DNA of 64,000 nucleotides from Planctomycetota bacterium (GTDB lineage Bacteria; Planctomycetota; Brocadiia; SM23-32; JAKLEA01): NCBI GenBank assembly GCA_022711755.1, contig JAKLEA010000001.1, positions 336,743 to 400,742 of the forward strand, read 5' to 3'. Shown piece by piece: positions 55,455 to 64,000 of this stretch (position 1 is its first letter; each line of letters starts with the position of its first letter). The notes under the pieces were generated by a model. It saw only the letters and a program-made list of their open reading frames with translations, ran no database searches and was not told where the DNA came from. The position numbers and the translations under genes were made by a program.

Positions 55455-57647
55455 TCAGAAAAGCAACCCGAATTGTATCTCGGCAGGCTCGACCTGAATG
55501 TGAATCTTCTCATCTTCCCGCGGGACCGCGATCAGTGGGATCGTATCCGTCACAAAATGCCCAATCCTGGGAAATCTGGGCAGGGCGTAACCTTCTCCGA
55601 AGAAATAGGTTCCATGGGCAAGATACCTCGCCTGTCCGCCGCTTTCGCCAATGACTGATATTTTGAACATGTCCGCGCTCTTTCCTCCTTCGATCTTGTC
55701 CGCCCAGTATAACCTTAATCCTCTTCCTGACGGGAATAGCGGCATGGGCACAACCTCGTACCCGTTCAAAGAAACTCCATGCGAATCAGCGCCGGGAATA
55801 AATCGTGTTGAAGAATTGGGCAACCCTTTCAAAATGATCTCGCTGACGGCGGTCGCCCCGGAGTCGCCCTTCTTAAAAACGAGAACACCAAGCTTTGCAT
55901 AGACGAGGCCGAATCCCGCCAGCGCGCCGCTTTCCCGCAAGTCTGCATAATATTCGACCAATTCCGCCCGGTTTCCAGTCTCGGCAAGATCAATCACAAT
56001 GTAGTCCGCCTCCGGAATCCTGTGACGGCTTACGTATCTGAAAGTCTTCCGACAATGCAGCAGGTTGTTCAACTGGATATCTGTAGCGACGACTGCCGCC
56101 GACGCCGGGATCAATTCCCTAACCTGCTTGTTGATCGCCTCCCGGATCGGGCTTGGGTTGACGTAGCCCGGATCGAGAAACGCCGAGAACCTTGAAGCGC
56201 CGTAAATGTATTGCCCCGCGAAACATGAAATCGCCAGAGCCGCTGCGAGAGCGCAACATCTCGCAGGAACGCGACATCCCGCAAGTCTGATACTCACCGT
56301 AGGGGCACAACACGCCGAGCTTGAATCAACAAGGTTGTTCCTTCCGGTAAGAACCATCACCGAGGCCGTAAATAATATCGGAATAAGATGCGTGTGGTAG
56401 TGAAGGCCGACGGACGCCATGTTCGGATCATCCTGTAGAACCGTCATCAGGAATATGCCAAGTCCGACGGACAGGAAACGCCACGCTCGCCACGGAATGA
56501 AGCACAGCGGCGCAGTCAGCCACAAAAGGAGCATCCACGAATGCGCGCCAAGCAGCCGGGGCCAGAAAATCTGCGGCTTGAGAACCGGCGAAAGAACAAT
56601 CTCCACAATTCCATCCCCCAATCCCGCATATCGCGACACGTAACGATATCCCGCCTCCCCGGCCGCATTCGGCATTATCACGCCCGCAACCAGGATGAAA
56701 CCAAGAAATGCGCTCGTCGCAATCCCCCCCCCCACCCTTCTTTCCTTTTCAAAGGCCGTCAAATACCGGCCGAAGAAGAAATAAACCAGGGGAACATCCT
56801 CTTTCGCCAGCGACGCAATGACGGCAAAGACGGCAAAAGCTATCCAGTTTCTTCGCGCGGCGAAGAAGAACGATGCGAAGATAAACGGCAATGCAAGTCC
56901 CTCGGCATGAGGTCCGCGTCCGTCGCAGAATGATAACTGCGTCATGAACGGATAAAGCCAGTAAGCCGCGCAAAGCAGAATGCAGGACGCCGGTCGAATC
57001 CCTAGATGAAGCGCCAACAGAGCCAGCGGAACCGCCCCCGCTGCGATGGCCAGCGAGTGCGCCCATATCATCACCCCTGGGCCATTGAAGAGATTGTAAA
57101 ACGGCGCAAGCGCCGCCAGAATCGGGCAGAAGTGGTCCTGAAGATAACTGCCGCCGTCGCATCGCCCGTCCGATGCGAGAAATCGCCCCTGGGCCGTGTT
57201 CTTTACGACTTCCGTGTAAATCCCCGCGTCGCAGAAGTTCAGCAGATGACCGCGATGGGCAGATGAAGGGACATCGGCGTACCACGCCGCCGCGATCAGG
57301 CTTCCGATCAGCGAGACTATAATGACATGTTTCCGCGCCAGTCCGCAGGTAACCTCCACGCCGTCGCCATGTGAAAACGCTTCTGCAATTTTCCCCGCCA
57401 TGGAGCCGCATAATGCAATCAATCCAGCGAGAACAGCGCATATGCAAAGACTGACAGCGGGACTATATTGGACCTGAAACTGTGAAAAGGGACCGGAGAA
57501 AAGAGGATATGAACTGAATGAAATCCTGAACAGCGGAAGCCATCCCGCCGCAAAAACGCACGCGCCGCAGGCAAGCAGACCAAGCGCAGCGAAGACCGCC
57601 TTCGCGGGTATGCGTCTGTTCAGAATATCACGCTTCTCCCCGCTCAT
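55455..57647 (-). CDS. Large polytopic membrane protein (DUF2079-like) with a C-terminal extracytoplasmic domain
   Basis: It is a 730-aa protein with more than 10 TM helices. The DUF2079 assignment is tentative. Confidence 0.45.
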   Translation of the reverse strand: MSGEKRDILNRRIPAKAVFAALGLLACGACVFAAGWLPLFRISFSSYPLFSGPFSQFQVQYSPAVSLCICAVLAGLIALCGSMAGKIAEAFSHGDGVEVTCGLARKHVIIVSLIGSLIAAAWYADVPSSAHRGHLLNFCDAGIYTEVVKNTAQGRFLASDGRCDGGSYLQDHFCPILAALAPFYNLFNGPGVMIWAHSLAIAAGAVPLALLALHLGIRPASCILLCAAYWLYPFMTQLSFCDGRGPHAEGLALPFIFASFFFAARRNWIAFAVFAVIASLAKEDVPLVYFFFGRYLTAFEKERRVGGGIATSAFLGFILVAGVIMPNAAGEAGYRYVSRYAGLGDGIVEIVLSPVLKPQIFWPRLLGAHSWMLLLWLTAPLCFIPWRAWRFLSVGLGIFLMTVLQDDPNMASVGLHYHTHLIPILFTASVMVLTGRNNLVDSSSACCAPTVSIRLAGCRVPARCCALAAALAISCFAGQYIYGASRFSAFLDPGYVNPSPIREAINKQVRELIPASAAVVATDIQLNNLLHCRKTFRYVSRHRIPEADYIVIDLAETGNRAELVEYYADLRESGALAGFGLVYAKLGVLVFKKGDSGATAVSEIILKGLPNSSTRFIPGADSHGVSLNGYEVVPMPLFPSGRGLRLYWADKIEGGKSADMFKISVIGESGGQARYLAHGTYFFGEGYALPRFPRIGHFVTDTIPLIAVPREDEKIHIQVEPAEIQFGLLF
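56724..56733. repeat. C10/G10 homopolymer inside the DUF2079-like gene
   Basis: Ten consecutive C on the plus strand encode the GGG of ...RRVGGGIAT... on the coding strand. Confidence 0.9.
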
Positions 57648-57651
57648 GCTC

Positions 57652-59313
57652 TCAATGCTCTTTCCCGTCTTCCTGTTTATCGCAGTCGGCTCCGCTGGAC
57701 GAGCGCATCGGTTTTGCTATCAGACGCAGCGCGTCGCGCGTCGCCGGCGTAACCTTCGCGCCCTCGGCAATCCTCAACCCGACCACCCAGACAATCCTCT
57801 CCCCGTCACAGACAAGCGCAATCCTGTCCCTGAAATGTTCTGGAACGTCGGATTCGCGCAGAAATTCCTTGAGCTTTTTCGCCCCCGGCGCTCCTAGAGG
57901 GTGGAACCTGTCCCCCGGCCTTCGTGTCCTGACAACCAGCATTCCGCATCCGGTTGCGTCAATAATCTCCGAACGCCCTTCCCATATAGGCCCAAATATC
58001 GAAAATCCGGAAACTGAAGGGGTTGCCCTGCACGCATATGACGTTCCCCCGGAAATTCTGAAATCCGAAATCAACTCAGCCTTTTCTTCCGACGCGACCG
58101 TCTCCGCCTCAATAACAATTCCTAAATGCGCCAACTCAGTCCGGCCCGGAATCTGAAGCGGTATCTCCCCATTTCCTGCGTTTAGACCTTTTGTCAAATC
58201 TCGACCTGAAGCGTCTCTCATATCTTTCCTTGCCGCGTCTTCCACAACTCCCTTCCCCTTTTCCCGCGATATCTTGAGCCTGTTCCCCTCTCGCCAGGCA
58301 TTCCACCCCCTCCCCAATGTCTGCCTTCCCTGGCCACCCGCCGCCAGTCTCAACCGTCCCAGAGATTCCGCAGAAACCGGAAAACAATCCTGGAGTTCAA
58401 ACAGGCTCTCCATGACATAATAAGCCATGACGGCTGGCATGTCTGCCATGACATCGGCGTCCATTCCTATCGAATTTCGCATCTGCTCGACCTTCAATCT
58501 TCCGACTGCGTCAGCAACGAGAGCAGATAACATTTCGTCTGCGCTTCCGGCAATTTCGGCCATGCGCCGAAGCGCGTCGCCGACTCGCGGATTCAACCGC
58601 GCCCTGAGCAACGGCATTATTTCATTGCGAATCCTGTTCCGGGCGAAATCCGGACTGCGGTTGGACCCGTCGGTTCGGCTCGTCTGGGATAAAGAACGCA
58701 AATAATCCTCGATCTCCCTGCGTGATGAGGCCAGAAGCGGCCTGACAAGTCGTATCTTTCTATTCTCCCCCTCCCCCCGGACGATCATTTCCATAGGTCG
58801 TGACGGCGTCATTCCGGCCAGCCCCCTCAGCCCGCTTCCCCGGACCATGTGCAGCAGCACCGTCTCAGCCTGATCGTCGGCATTGTGGCCGACCGCCACA
58901 ATGCCCATCCCGCGTTCCCGCGCAATTCCGCCAAGAAAGCGGTATCTGGCGTTTCTTGCCGCATCCTCGATTCCACGTCCGCTGCGCCCAGCCATAGCCG
59001 GAACGTCAATCCATCCCAAGTGGCAAAGCGTCCGGAATTCCTCGCCCAGTCGTTGAACGAACTCCGCATCGGCGTCGGCCTCAGCCCCCCTCAGCCCGTG
59101 ATTCAAATGCGCTATCTCAATACGCCAGCCCCTGGCTTCCCTGTCGTTAATAGCCAGAAGAATCCTGAAAAGCGCCACGCTGTCCGGCCCGCCGGACACC
59201 GCAATCAGCACCCCGGCATCCCTGGGAACCAGACCGCCTTCATCAATGAAATCTCTGACCTTTGATTCAAGGTCACTCTTTCTCCGCCCTGTGTCGCGTA
59301 GATTTCTCATCAA
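57652..59313 (-). CDS. tilS: tRNA(Ile)-lysidine synthetase with a TilS C-terminal domain
   Basis: The PP-loop is VAVSGGPDSVAL. The C-terminal domain contains GDRFHPLGAPGAKKLKEF. Confidence 0.85.
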   Translation of the reverse strand: MMRNLRDTGRRKSDLESKVRDFIDEGGLVPRDAGVLIAVSGGPDSVALFRILLAINDREARGWRIEIAHLNHGLRGAEADADAEFVQRLGEEFRTLCHLGWIDVPAMAGRSGRGIEDAARNARYRFLGGIARERGMGIVAVGHNADDQAETVLLHMVRGSGLRGLAGMTPSRPMEMIVRGEGENRKIRLVRPLLASSRREIEDYLRSLSQTSRTDGSNRSPDFARNRIRNEIMPLLRARLNPRVGDALRRMAEIAGSADEMLSALVADAVGRLKVEQMRNSIGMDADVMADMPAVMAYYVMESLFELQDCFPVSAESLGRLRLAAGGQGRQTLGRGWNAWREGNRLKISREKGKGVVEDAARKDMRDASGRDLTKGLNAGNGEIPLQIPGRTELAHLGIVIEAETVASEEKAELISDFRISGGTSYACRATPSVSGFSIFGPIWEGRSEIIDATGCGMLVVRTRRPGDRFHPLGAPGAKKLKEFLRESDVPEHFRDRIALVCDGERIVWVVGLRIAEGAKVTPATRDALRLIAKPMRSSSGADCDKQEDGKEH

Positions 59314-59513
59314 AGGAACCCGCTAACTAACAATCTTCTGAACTGGAATAACATTATGTTTTGAGGTGGAGACAATATCCATTCAGAAACGAGCATTCCC
59401 TCTCCCCCCGCGATAGTCTCTTGACCCCGCGTATCCCGTCTGATAAACCCGTCGAACATCGAGAATCATGATCAACGCTGTATTCGGCGAAAATGAACGG
59501 AGGATAGGACGCG

Positions 59514-60419
59514 ATGGAAGAGATCAAGGTCGGCATGATCGGTCTGGACACGTCCCACGTCATGGCGTTCGCGGACATACTGAATGACCCGAAACACGCC
59601 TATCACGTCCCCGGCAGCAGAATCGTCGCCGCCTATCCTGGCGGGAGCCGCGACTTCGCCCTGAGCTGGGATCGGATGCCGAAGTTCCGCGATCAACTCG
59701 TCACAAAATACAAACTGAAAATCTGCGATTCGATCCCGGAGTTGGTCGAACAGGTTGACGCCATCCTGCTGGAGAGCGTGGACGGGCGCGTTCATCTTGA
59801 GCAGTTCCGCCGGATCGCCCCTTCCGGAAAGCCGGTCTTCATTGACAAGCCATTCACCGTTGACCTCAAGGAAGCGCTTGAGATCGAGCGCCTCGGCAGC
59901 GAACACGCCTGCCCCTTCTTCAGCGCTTCATCGCTGCGGTTCGATTATAACGTGCAGAAGGCGCGCGAAGATTCCGATCCCGTCATAGGTTGCACGGCGT
60001 ATGGTCCGGCCTCGCTCGAACCGACGCAGAAAGGCATCTTCTGGTACGGAATTCATTCCGCCGAAGTGCTCTTCACTCTCATGGGCGCGGGATGCAAGGC
60101 CGTGACGTGCATCGGCAACAACGACACGGACGTCGTGGTCGGGCGCTGGGAGGATGGGCGAATCGGCGGCATCCGCGGCATACGCAAGGGGCAGGCGGAT
60201 TTCGGCGCGAAACTCTGGCGGGAGAAGAAAATCCAGGATGTCTCCCTCTGCAAGGACCCGCCCTATTATCCCCAGTTGATGAAAGCCGTCATGGGACTCT
60301 TCAGGGAACGCAAACTCCCCTTCGAGACCCGCGAGACACTGGAAATCATCGCATTCCTGGAGGCTGCCAATACAAGCAAGTCAAAAGGCGGCGCGGAAGT
60401 CCCCATCGAATTCGCCTGA
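59514..60419 (+). CDS. Gfo/Idh/MocA-like oxidoreductase
   Basis: The N-terminus has a Rossmann-like segment (IKVGMIGLDTSHVMAF). The family assignment is tentative. Confidence 0.5.
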   Translation: MEEIKVGMIGLDTSHVMAFADILNDPKHAYHVPGSRIVAAYPGGSRDFALSWDRMPKFRDQLVTKYKLKICDSIPELVEQVDAILLESVDGRVHLEQFRRIAPSGKPVFIDKPFTVDLKEALEIERLGSEHACPFFSASSLRFDYNVQKAREDSDPVIGCTAYGPASLEPTQKGIFWYGIHSAEVLFTLMGAGCKAVTCIGNNDTDVVVGRWEDGRIGGIRGIRKGQADFGAKLWREKKIQDVSLCKDPPYYPQLMKAVMGLFRERKLPFETRETLEIIAFLEAANTSKSKGGAEVPIEFA

Positions 60420-60438
60420 CACGTTCGGGAGGCATCGC

Positions 60439-62151
60439 TTGGCGTCGCTCCGTCTTTTTGAAGCGTATCCGAAGCTTGAGGAGAAGCTTCCGCGCGTCCC
60501 GCTTGCCAACCTGCCGACTCCCGTCGAAAGGTTGGCCGCGCTGGGCGACCGCCTCGGCCTGCCCTCGCTTTACATAAAACGCGAGGATCGGATCAATCCA
60601 GTCTACGCCGGTAACAAGGTCAGACCGCTGGAATTCGTTCTCGGCAGCGCCAGGGCCAAGAGCGTGAAGCGAATACTGACCATCGGGCCGATGGGTTCCA
60701 ACAGCGTAGCTTGTACGGCTACACACGCACGTTCCCTCGGCATTGACTGCACAGCCGTCCTCTTTCCACAGCCGCAGGCCTCATACATAACCCATAACCT
60801 CGCGGTTGACGTCGCGGCCCGCGCAGATTTCGCAATTTCCGCCAGCAAGTATTTTGTCCCGCTTACCGCCGCCCGGGCGATGCTGGCAAGACTCGTGAAG
60901 GAAGGACGCCTTCCCTTCTATGTCCCAGCCGGGGCTGGTCTGACCGTCGGTTATGCGGGCCACGTCAACGCGGCGTTTGAATTGAGACGGCAAATTGATG
61001 AAGGCGTCCTCCCGGAGCCTGACTACCTTTTCCTTGCGCTGGGCACATGCGGAACGGCGGCAGGTTTGTCTCTCGGCGTAAGGGCCGCCGGACTCCGCAC
61101 TAAGGTCTTCCCCGTCCGAATCACCGACCTGATTGTCTGCAATGAGCGCATAACAGCAAAATCAGCAAATACCACTGCCAGGCTACTTCACGATCTTGAT
61201 TCCTCATTCCCGCTTATTCAGTTCCGTCCCGCAGAATTGAACGTCCTTCACGACTATGTCGGAAATGGTTATGCGCTGCCGACGCCCGCATCCAGAGAGG
61301 CCACCCGCTTGCTACTTGAAACCGAGGGGATCGAACTTGACAGCAGTTACACGTCAAAATCCTTTTCCGCGATGCTGGATTTGAAGGACAAGCTGGATTT
61401 GGCGCATAAGACCGTGCTATTCTGGTATTCGCGTCCGGCGCTGAAATTTGATGTTCCCTCCGATCTGCGGGAACGACTGCCGCGCGCATGCCGCAAATAC
61501 GTGGTTCTCAATCAGGATGAAACCTCCGCAGGACGGAAGGAGGCCGGAAACGTTCCCCCGTCCAGCGACAGCAAGGTCCAGCGAATGTCCAACAAAGAAG
61601 ACGGCGGTCTGCTGAAGAAGGGCGACATCGCCCCCGACTTCGAGGTCGTCACTGTCAAGGGCGAAACCGTGTCATTGTCCCGCTTCAAAGGCGGCAAATA
61701 CGTCTGCCTCGTATTCCTGCGCTACGTCGGTTGCCCAATCTGCCAGATGACGATGGTCCACCATAAGCGCGAATACGATCGTCTGGCAGCCGCCGGAGCG
61801 GACGTCATCATCTTCGCGCAAAGCCCGAACGAGAAACTGCGCAAGACCGACGCAAAAAAAGACTTTCCCTTCCACCTGGTCGGCGACCCGGAACGGGAAG
61901 TCTACGGCCTTTATGGAGTCGGACGCGGCGGACTCAAGCACATCATCCTTGGCTCCCACGTCGCAGTAAAAGCCACTCTGAAAGGTTACATGCACGGGGC
62001 GCTGGGCGGCGACGAATTCCAGCTTCCCGCCGATTTCATCGTCGGCCCTGACGGGCGCATCGCCATGGCCCATTATGGTCGCCACGCCGGCGACAACATG
62101 GCCCCGGCCCAACTCGCCGAACTGATCACAAAGAACCTGAAGTCAAAGTAG
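60439..62151 (+). CDS. Fusion protein: N-terminal PLP-dependent ACC deaminase / D-cysteine desulfhydrase family domain plus a C-terminal peroxiredoxin/redoxin-like domain
   Basis: The lysine motif AGNKVRPLEF resembles GNKxRKLE. The redoxin part reads KYVCLVFLRYVGCPICQ. Confidence 0.7.
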   Translation: MASLRLFEAYPKLEEKLPRVPLANLPTPVERLAALGDRLGLPSLYIKREDRINPVYAGNKVRPLEFVLGSARAKSVKRILTIGPMGSNSVACTATHARSLGIDCTAVLFPQPQASYITHNLAVDVAARADFAISASKYFVPLTAARAMLARLVKEGRLPFYVPAGAGLTVGYAGHVNAAFELRRQIDEGVLPEPDYLFLALGTCGTAAGLSLGVRAAGLRTKVFPVRITDLIVCNERITAKSANTTARLLHDLDSSFPLIQFRPAELNVLHDYVGNGYALPTPASREATRLLLETEGIELDSSYTSKSFSAMLDLKDKLDLAHKTVLFWYSRPALKFDVPSDLRERLPRACRKYVVLNQDETSAGRKEAGNVPPSSDSKVQRMSNKEDGGLLKKGDIAPDFEVVTVKGETVSLSRFKGGKYVCLVFLRYVGCPICQMTMVHHKREYDRLAAAGADVIIFAQSPNEKLRKTDAKKDFPFHLVGDPEREVYGLYGVGRGGLKHIILGSHVAVKATLKGYMHGALGGDEFQLPADFIVGPDGRIAMAHYGRHAGDNMAPAQLAELITKNLKSK

Positions 62152-62158
62152 GCGCGCA

Positions 62159-62515
62159 ATGCAATACGTCGAGATCGTCGAACCGGAAAAGATGCACCTG
62201 ATGGGACTGATGCTGGCGCATCTCTTCGAGAAGAACCTTTCCAAACCCGGCGCCGCCGACAGGCTGAAGAGCAAGGACAGCAGGATCGGCATCGGCGCCG
62301 GCGGCATGAAAATCACGCTCCACATGAGCGATGGGCGCGTCATCGTCAGCAAAGGCTTTGAAGGCAGAATTGCCGCCCGAGTCGAGGGAACCATGGACGG
62401 ATTCATGGCCTTCGGCGTCCATCGGAGCATGGTAGGCCCCTACCTCCAGGGCAAACTCAAGATCGCAGGAAACCCCTTCGCGCTCCTGCCCATGCTCTGG
62501 CTGACCAAGTTGTAG
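62159..62515 (+). CDS. SCP2 sterol-carrier-like domain protein
   Basis: The sequence fits the SCP2 fold pattern (GKLKIAGNPFALLPM). Confidence 0.7.
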   Translation: MQYVEIVEPEKMHLMGLMLAHLFEKNLSKPGAADRLKSKDSRIGIGAGGMKITLHMSDGRVIVSKGFEGRIAARVEGTMDGFMAFGVHRSMVGPYLQGKLKIAGNPFALLPMLWLTKL

Positions 62516-62630
62516 GCCGAAAGCAACCTCGTTCACATCATCCTTCTCCCTGTAGGAGAAGGTGGCGTTCGCCTTGGCGAATGACAGATGAGGGGAATGA
62601 TGTCCATCTCGCCCGTCTCGGAGACGATCT

Positions 62631-64000
62631 GTGCAATCAAAAGAACTTTCCGAAGCGCTTTCAACGATTATCCCCCCCGACCGCGTTCTCATTGACGACG
62701 CCACACTGACGGAATACTCGTCGGATATGACCGAGACGCCCCCCGCGCGCCCGGACGCAGTCGTCAAGGCGCATACCCGGGACGAAATCGTCTCCCTGGT
62801 AAGGTTCGCCAACGAGAATCGCGTCCCCCTCATCCCTGCCGTCGCAAGGACCAACCTGGGCGGGCTTTGCCTGCCGGATCATGGTGGAGTCATCGTTGAC
62901 CTTACGGAGATGCGTCGGATTATCGAAGTTAATGAAAATGAGATGTACGCCCTCATCGAACCGGGTGTCACGTTCGGTGACATCAGCGCCTACCTGAAGG
63001 AGAAACACCCCTCGATCCGCTTCGGTTATCCTCTTTCTCCTCCTTATACTTCGGTTTGCGCAAACTGCATCTGCGACGGGCTGGCCAATCTCTCCATGCG
63101 CCACGGCGCAATGTCGGAGTGGGTGAACGGGATGGAAGTCGTCCTGCCGAGCGGCGAAGTCATCGTCACCGGCGCAGGGGCAGTCTCCCCCGTCTGGTTC
63201 GGCCATGCTCCAATCCCCGACCTGGATGGTCTGATCTTCAGTTGGCAGGGGACCACCGGCATAGTCACTAAAATGGCCGTGCAGCTCTGGCCCAACCTGC
63301 CGCTGCGCAAACGCATGTTCCTGCTCGTCGGGACGCACATTGACGCCTTCAACCTCATGCGCCGCTTCTGCCGCACGATGATGTTTGACGACATAGGCGG
63401 CATGACGTGGCCGACCGGCAAGATGCTCTTCGGCATCAAGCGCCCCGCCGGAAAGGACCCCACGGAACCCGGAGCGTTCGTCTACCTCGACTTCTCAGGA
63501 AATATCCCCGAAGAAATTGACTGCAAGCTGAAGATGGTCCGGACGGTCCTCGCCCGGGCGCGGGCGGAAGGCGTGAAATCCGAAGACCCGATCATGCTCG
63601 AGGATATCGTCAAACTCAACGAGCGTTTCGCCAAGTTCGCCGAGTTCCCGACTACCCTCGATTTTCTGCTGGATCACGGCGGCGGCGGGCTGACATGGGT
63701 GGGAACCTACGGCCCCACGGCGGCGTGGGACGAGGCCGCCAACCGCGCCGAACAGATCATGGCAAAACACGGCTTCGCCCCTACAATGGTGTTGAGACCC
63801 ATGAAGGGCGGCCACTTCGGCGTCTTCCGCGTCATCACCATCTTCGACAAGAAGGACGCCGCAGAGACCGAGCGCGTCAGGCAGTGCAACCGCGAGCTTG
63901 GCCGCATGGCCCTTGACCTCGGATTCGTCATCTACAAGACGCCAGCGTGGGCCGTGGAGATGATGCTTGAGCGCATGAATCCTGAAACTCATGCACTGAT
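62631..64000 (+). CDS. FAD-linked oxidase (FAD_binding_4/PCMH type), 3'-truncated at the window edge. The start codon is GTG.
   Basis: I translated the frame by hand: VQSKELSEALSTIIPPDRVLIDDATLTEYSSDMTETPPARPDAVVKAHTRDEIVSLVRFANENRVPLIPAVARTNLGG... continues with no stop to the window end. GGAGA lies 6 nt upstream of the GTG. It is missing from the ORF track because it has no stop. Confidence 0.7.
   Translation, partial: MQSKELSEALSTIIPPDRVLIDDATLTEYSSDMTETPPARPDAVVKAHTRDEIVSLVRFANENRVPLIPAVARTNLGGLCLPDHGGVIVDLTEMRRIIEVNENEMYALIEPGVTFGDISAYLKEKHPSIRFGYPLSPPYTSVCANCICDGLANLSMRHGAMSEWVNGMEVVLPSGEVIVTGAGAVSPVWFGHAPIPDLDGLIFSWQGTTGIVTKMAVQLWPNLPLRKRMFLLVGTHIDAFNLMRRFCRTMMFDDIGGMTWPTGKMLFGIKRPAGKDPTEPGAFVYLDFSGNIPEEIDCKLKMVRTVLARARAEGVKSEDPIMLEDIVKLNERFAKFAEFPTTLDFLLDHGGGGLTWVGTYGPTAAWDEAANRAEQIMAKHGFAPTMVLRPMKGGHFGVFRVITIFDKKDAAETERVRQCNRELGRMALDLGFVIYKTPAWAVEMMLERMNPETHAL

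Noticed and set aside
62126-63992. Four minus-strand ORFs (62126..62854, 62661..63338, 63044..63463, 63495..63992) at the 3' end of the window
   Set aside because: Manual translation shows that the plus strand encodes a continuous FAD_binding_4 oxidase from a GTG at 62631 to the window edge. The minus ORFs are its antisense shadows.
1-64000. CRISPR arrays, Cas genes, restriction-modification, toxin-antitoxin pairs, or integrase and transposase genes
   Set aside because: No regularly spaced direct repeats and no recognisable Cas, REase/MTase, integrase or transposase ORFs were found on either strand. The only recombinase is a chromosomal Xer-type gene.

Overview
This is a high-GC (about 60% by eye) bacterial chromosomal segment; the roughly 58 features listed are protein-coding genes, one tRNA (tRNA-Pro), and a handful of regulatory and repeat elements. 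No rRNA, CRISPR array, Cas gene, integrase or transposase was recognised. Gene content (prepilin with a long basic leader, duplicated GspE/PilB ATPases, sulfatase beside a Ser/Thr-kinase-FGE fusion, giant secreted beta-propeller and glycoside-hydrolase proteins, DUF2079 and ArnT-like membrane proteins) suggests a PVC-type lineage such as Planctomycetota, Lentisphaerota or Kiritimatiellota; this is inference only. The provided ORF track accepts ATG, GTG and TTG starts and lists only ORFs closed by a stop inside the window, so true starts are often internal and the two window-edge genes are absent from it.

Main blocks in order:
(1) 1-8121, minus strand: a partial pseudopilin, GspF/PilC, two tandem GspE/PilB ATPases and a Ser/Thr kinase with zinc ribbons, TPRs and a C-terminal FGE-sulfatase domain. 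A near-consensus sigma70 promoter and a hairpin lie between gspE and gspF.
(2) 8283-12469: sulfatase, creatininase-family protein, GH10 xylanase-like enzyme, OsmC.
(3) 12540-15585: TM-anchored hypothetical protein, ABC ATPase, FtsX-type permease.
(4) 15599-24201, minus strand: ispG, dxr, rseP, a TPR lipoprotein and an unknown 1124-aa secreted protein.
(5) 24570-32790: phasin-like protein, a hypothetical, pyruvoyl arginine decarboxylase (pdaD), then on the plus strand GT2, ACP, two paralogous alpha/beta hydrolases, a 946-aa carbamoyltransferase-methyltransferase fusion, and SxtJ-like and SxtK/DUF5989-like small membrane proteins. This is the most system-like and least described region.
(6) 32943-41913: a 1372-aa FG-GAP-like beta-propeller plus glycoside-hydrolase TIM-barrel protein preceded by a palindromic AAGCTTGC repeat cluster and containing an in-frame low-GC segment; a 728-aa unknown secreted protein; GH31.
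(7) 42137-43288: tRNA-Pro(TGG) followed by a 1.07-kb islet (four-helix-bundle protein plus a hypothetical) that is closed by a degenerate direct copy of the tRNA 3' end.
(8) 43440-51787: PPC/DUF296 protein, 2-hydroxyacid dehydrogenase, a NikR-like operator, a putative outer-membrane barrel, cbiM fused to a PDGLE domain, cbiQ, cbiO, cyclophilin, polyprenyl synthase, TIGR01212 radical SAM protein.
(9) 51804-64000: ArnT/GT39-like membrane protein, Xer recombinase, alpha/beta hydrolase, DUF2079-like membrane protein carrying a G10 homopolymer, tilS, Gfo/Idh/MocA-like protein, an ACC-deaminase-family PLP enzyme fused to a peroxiredoxin domain, SCP2, and a 3'-truncated FAD-linked oxidase with a GTG start.
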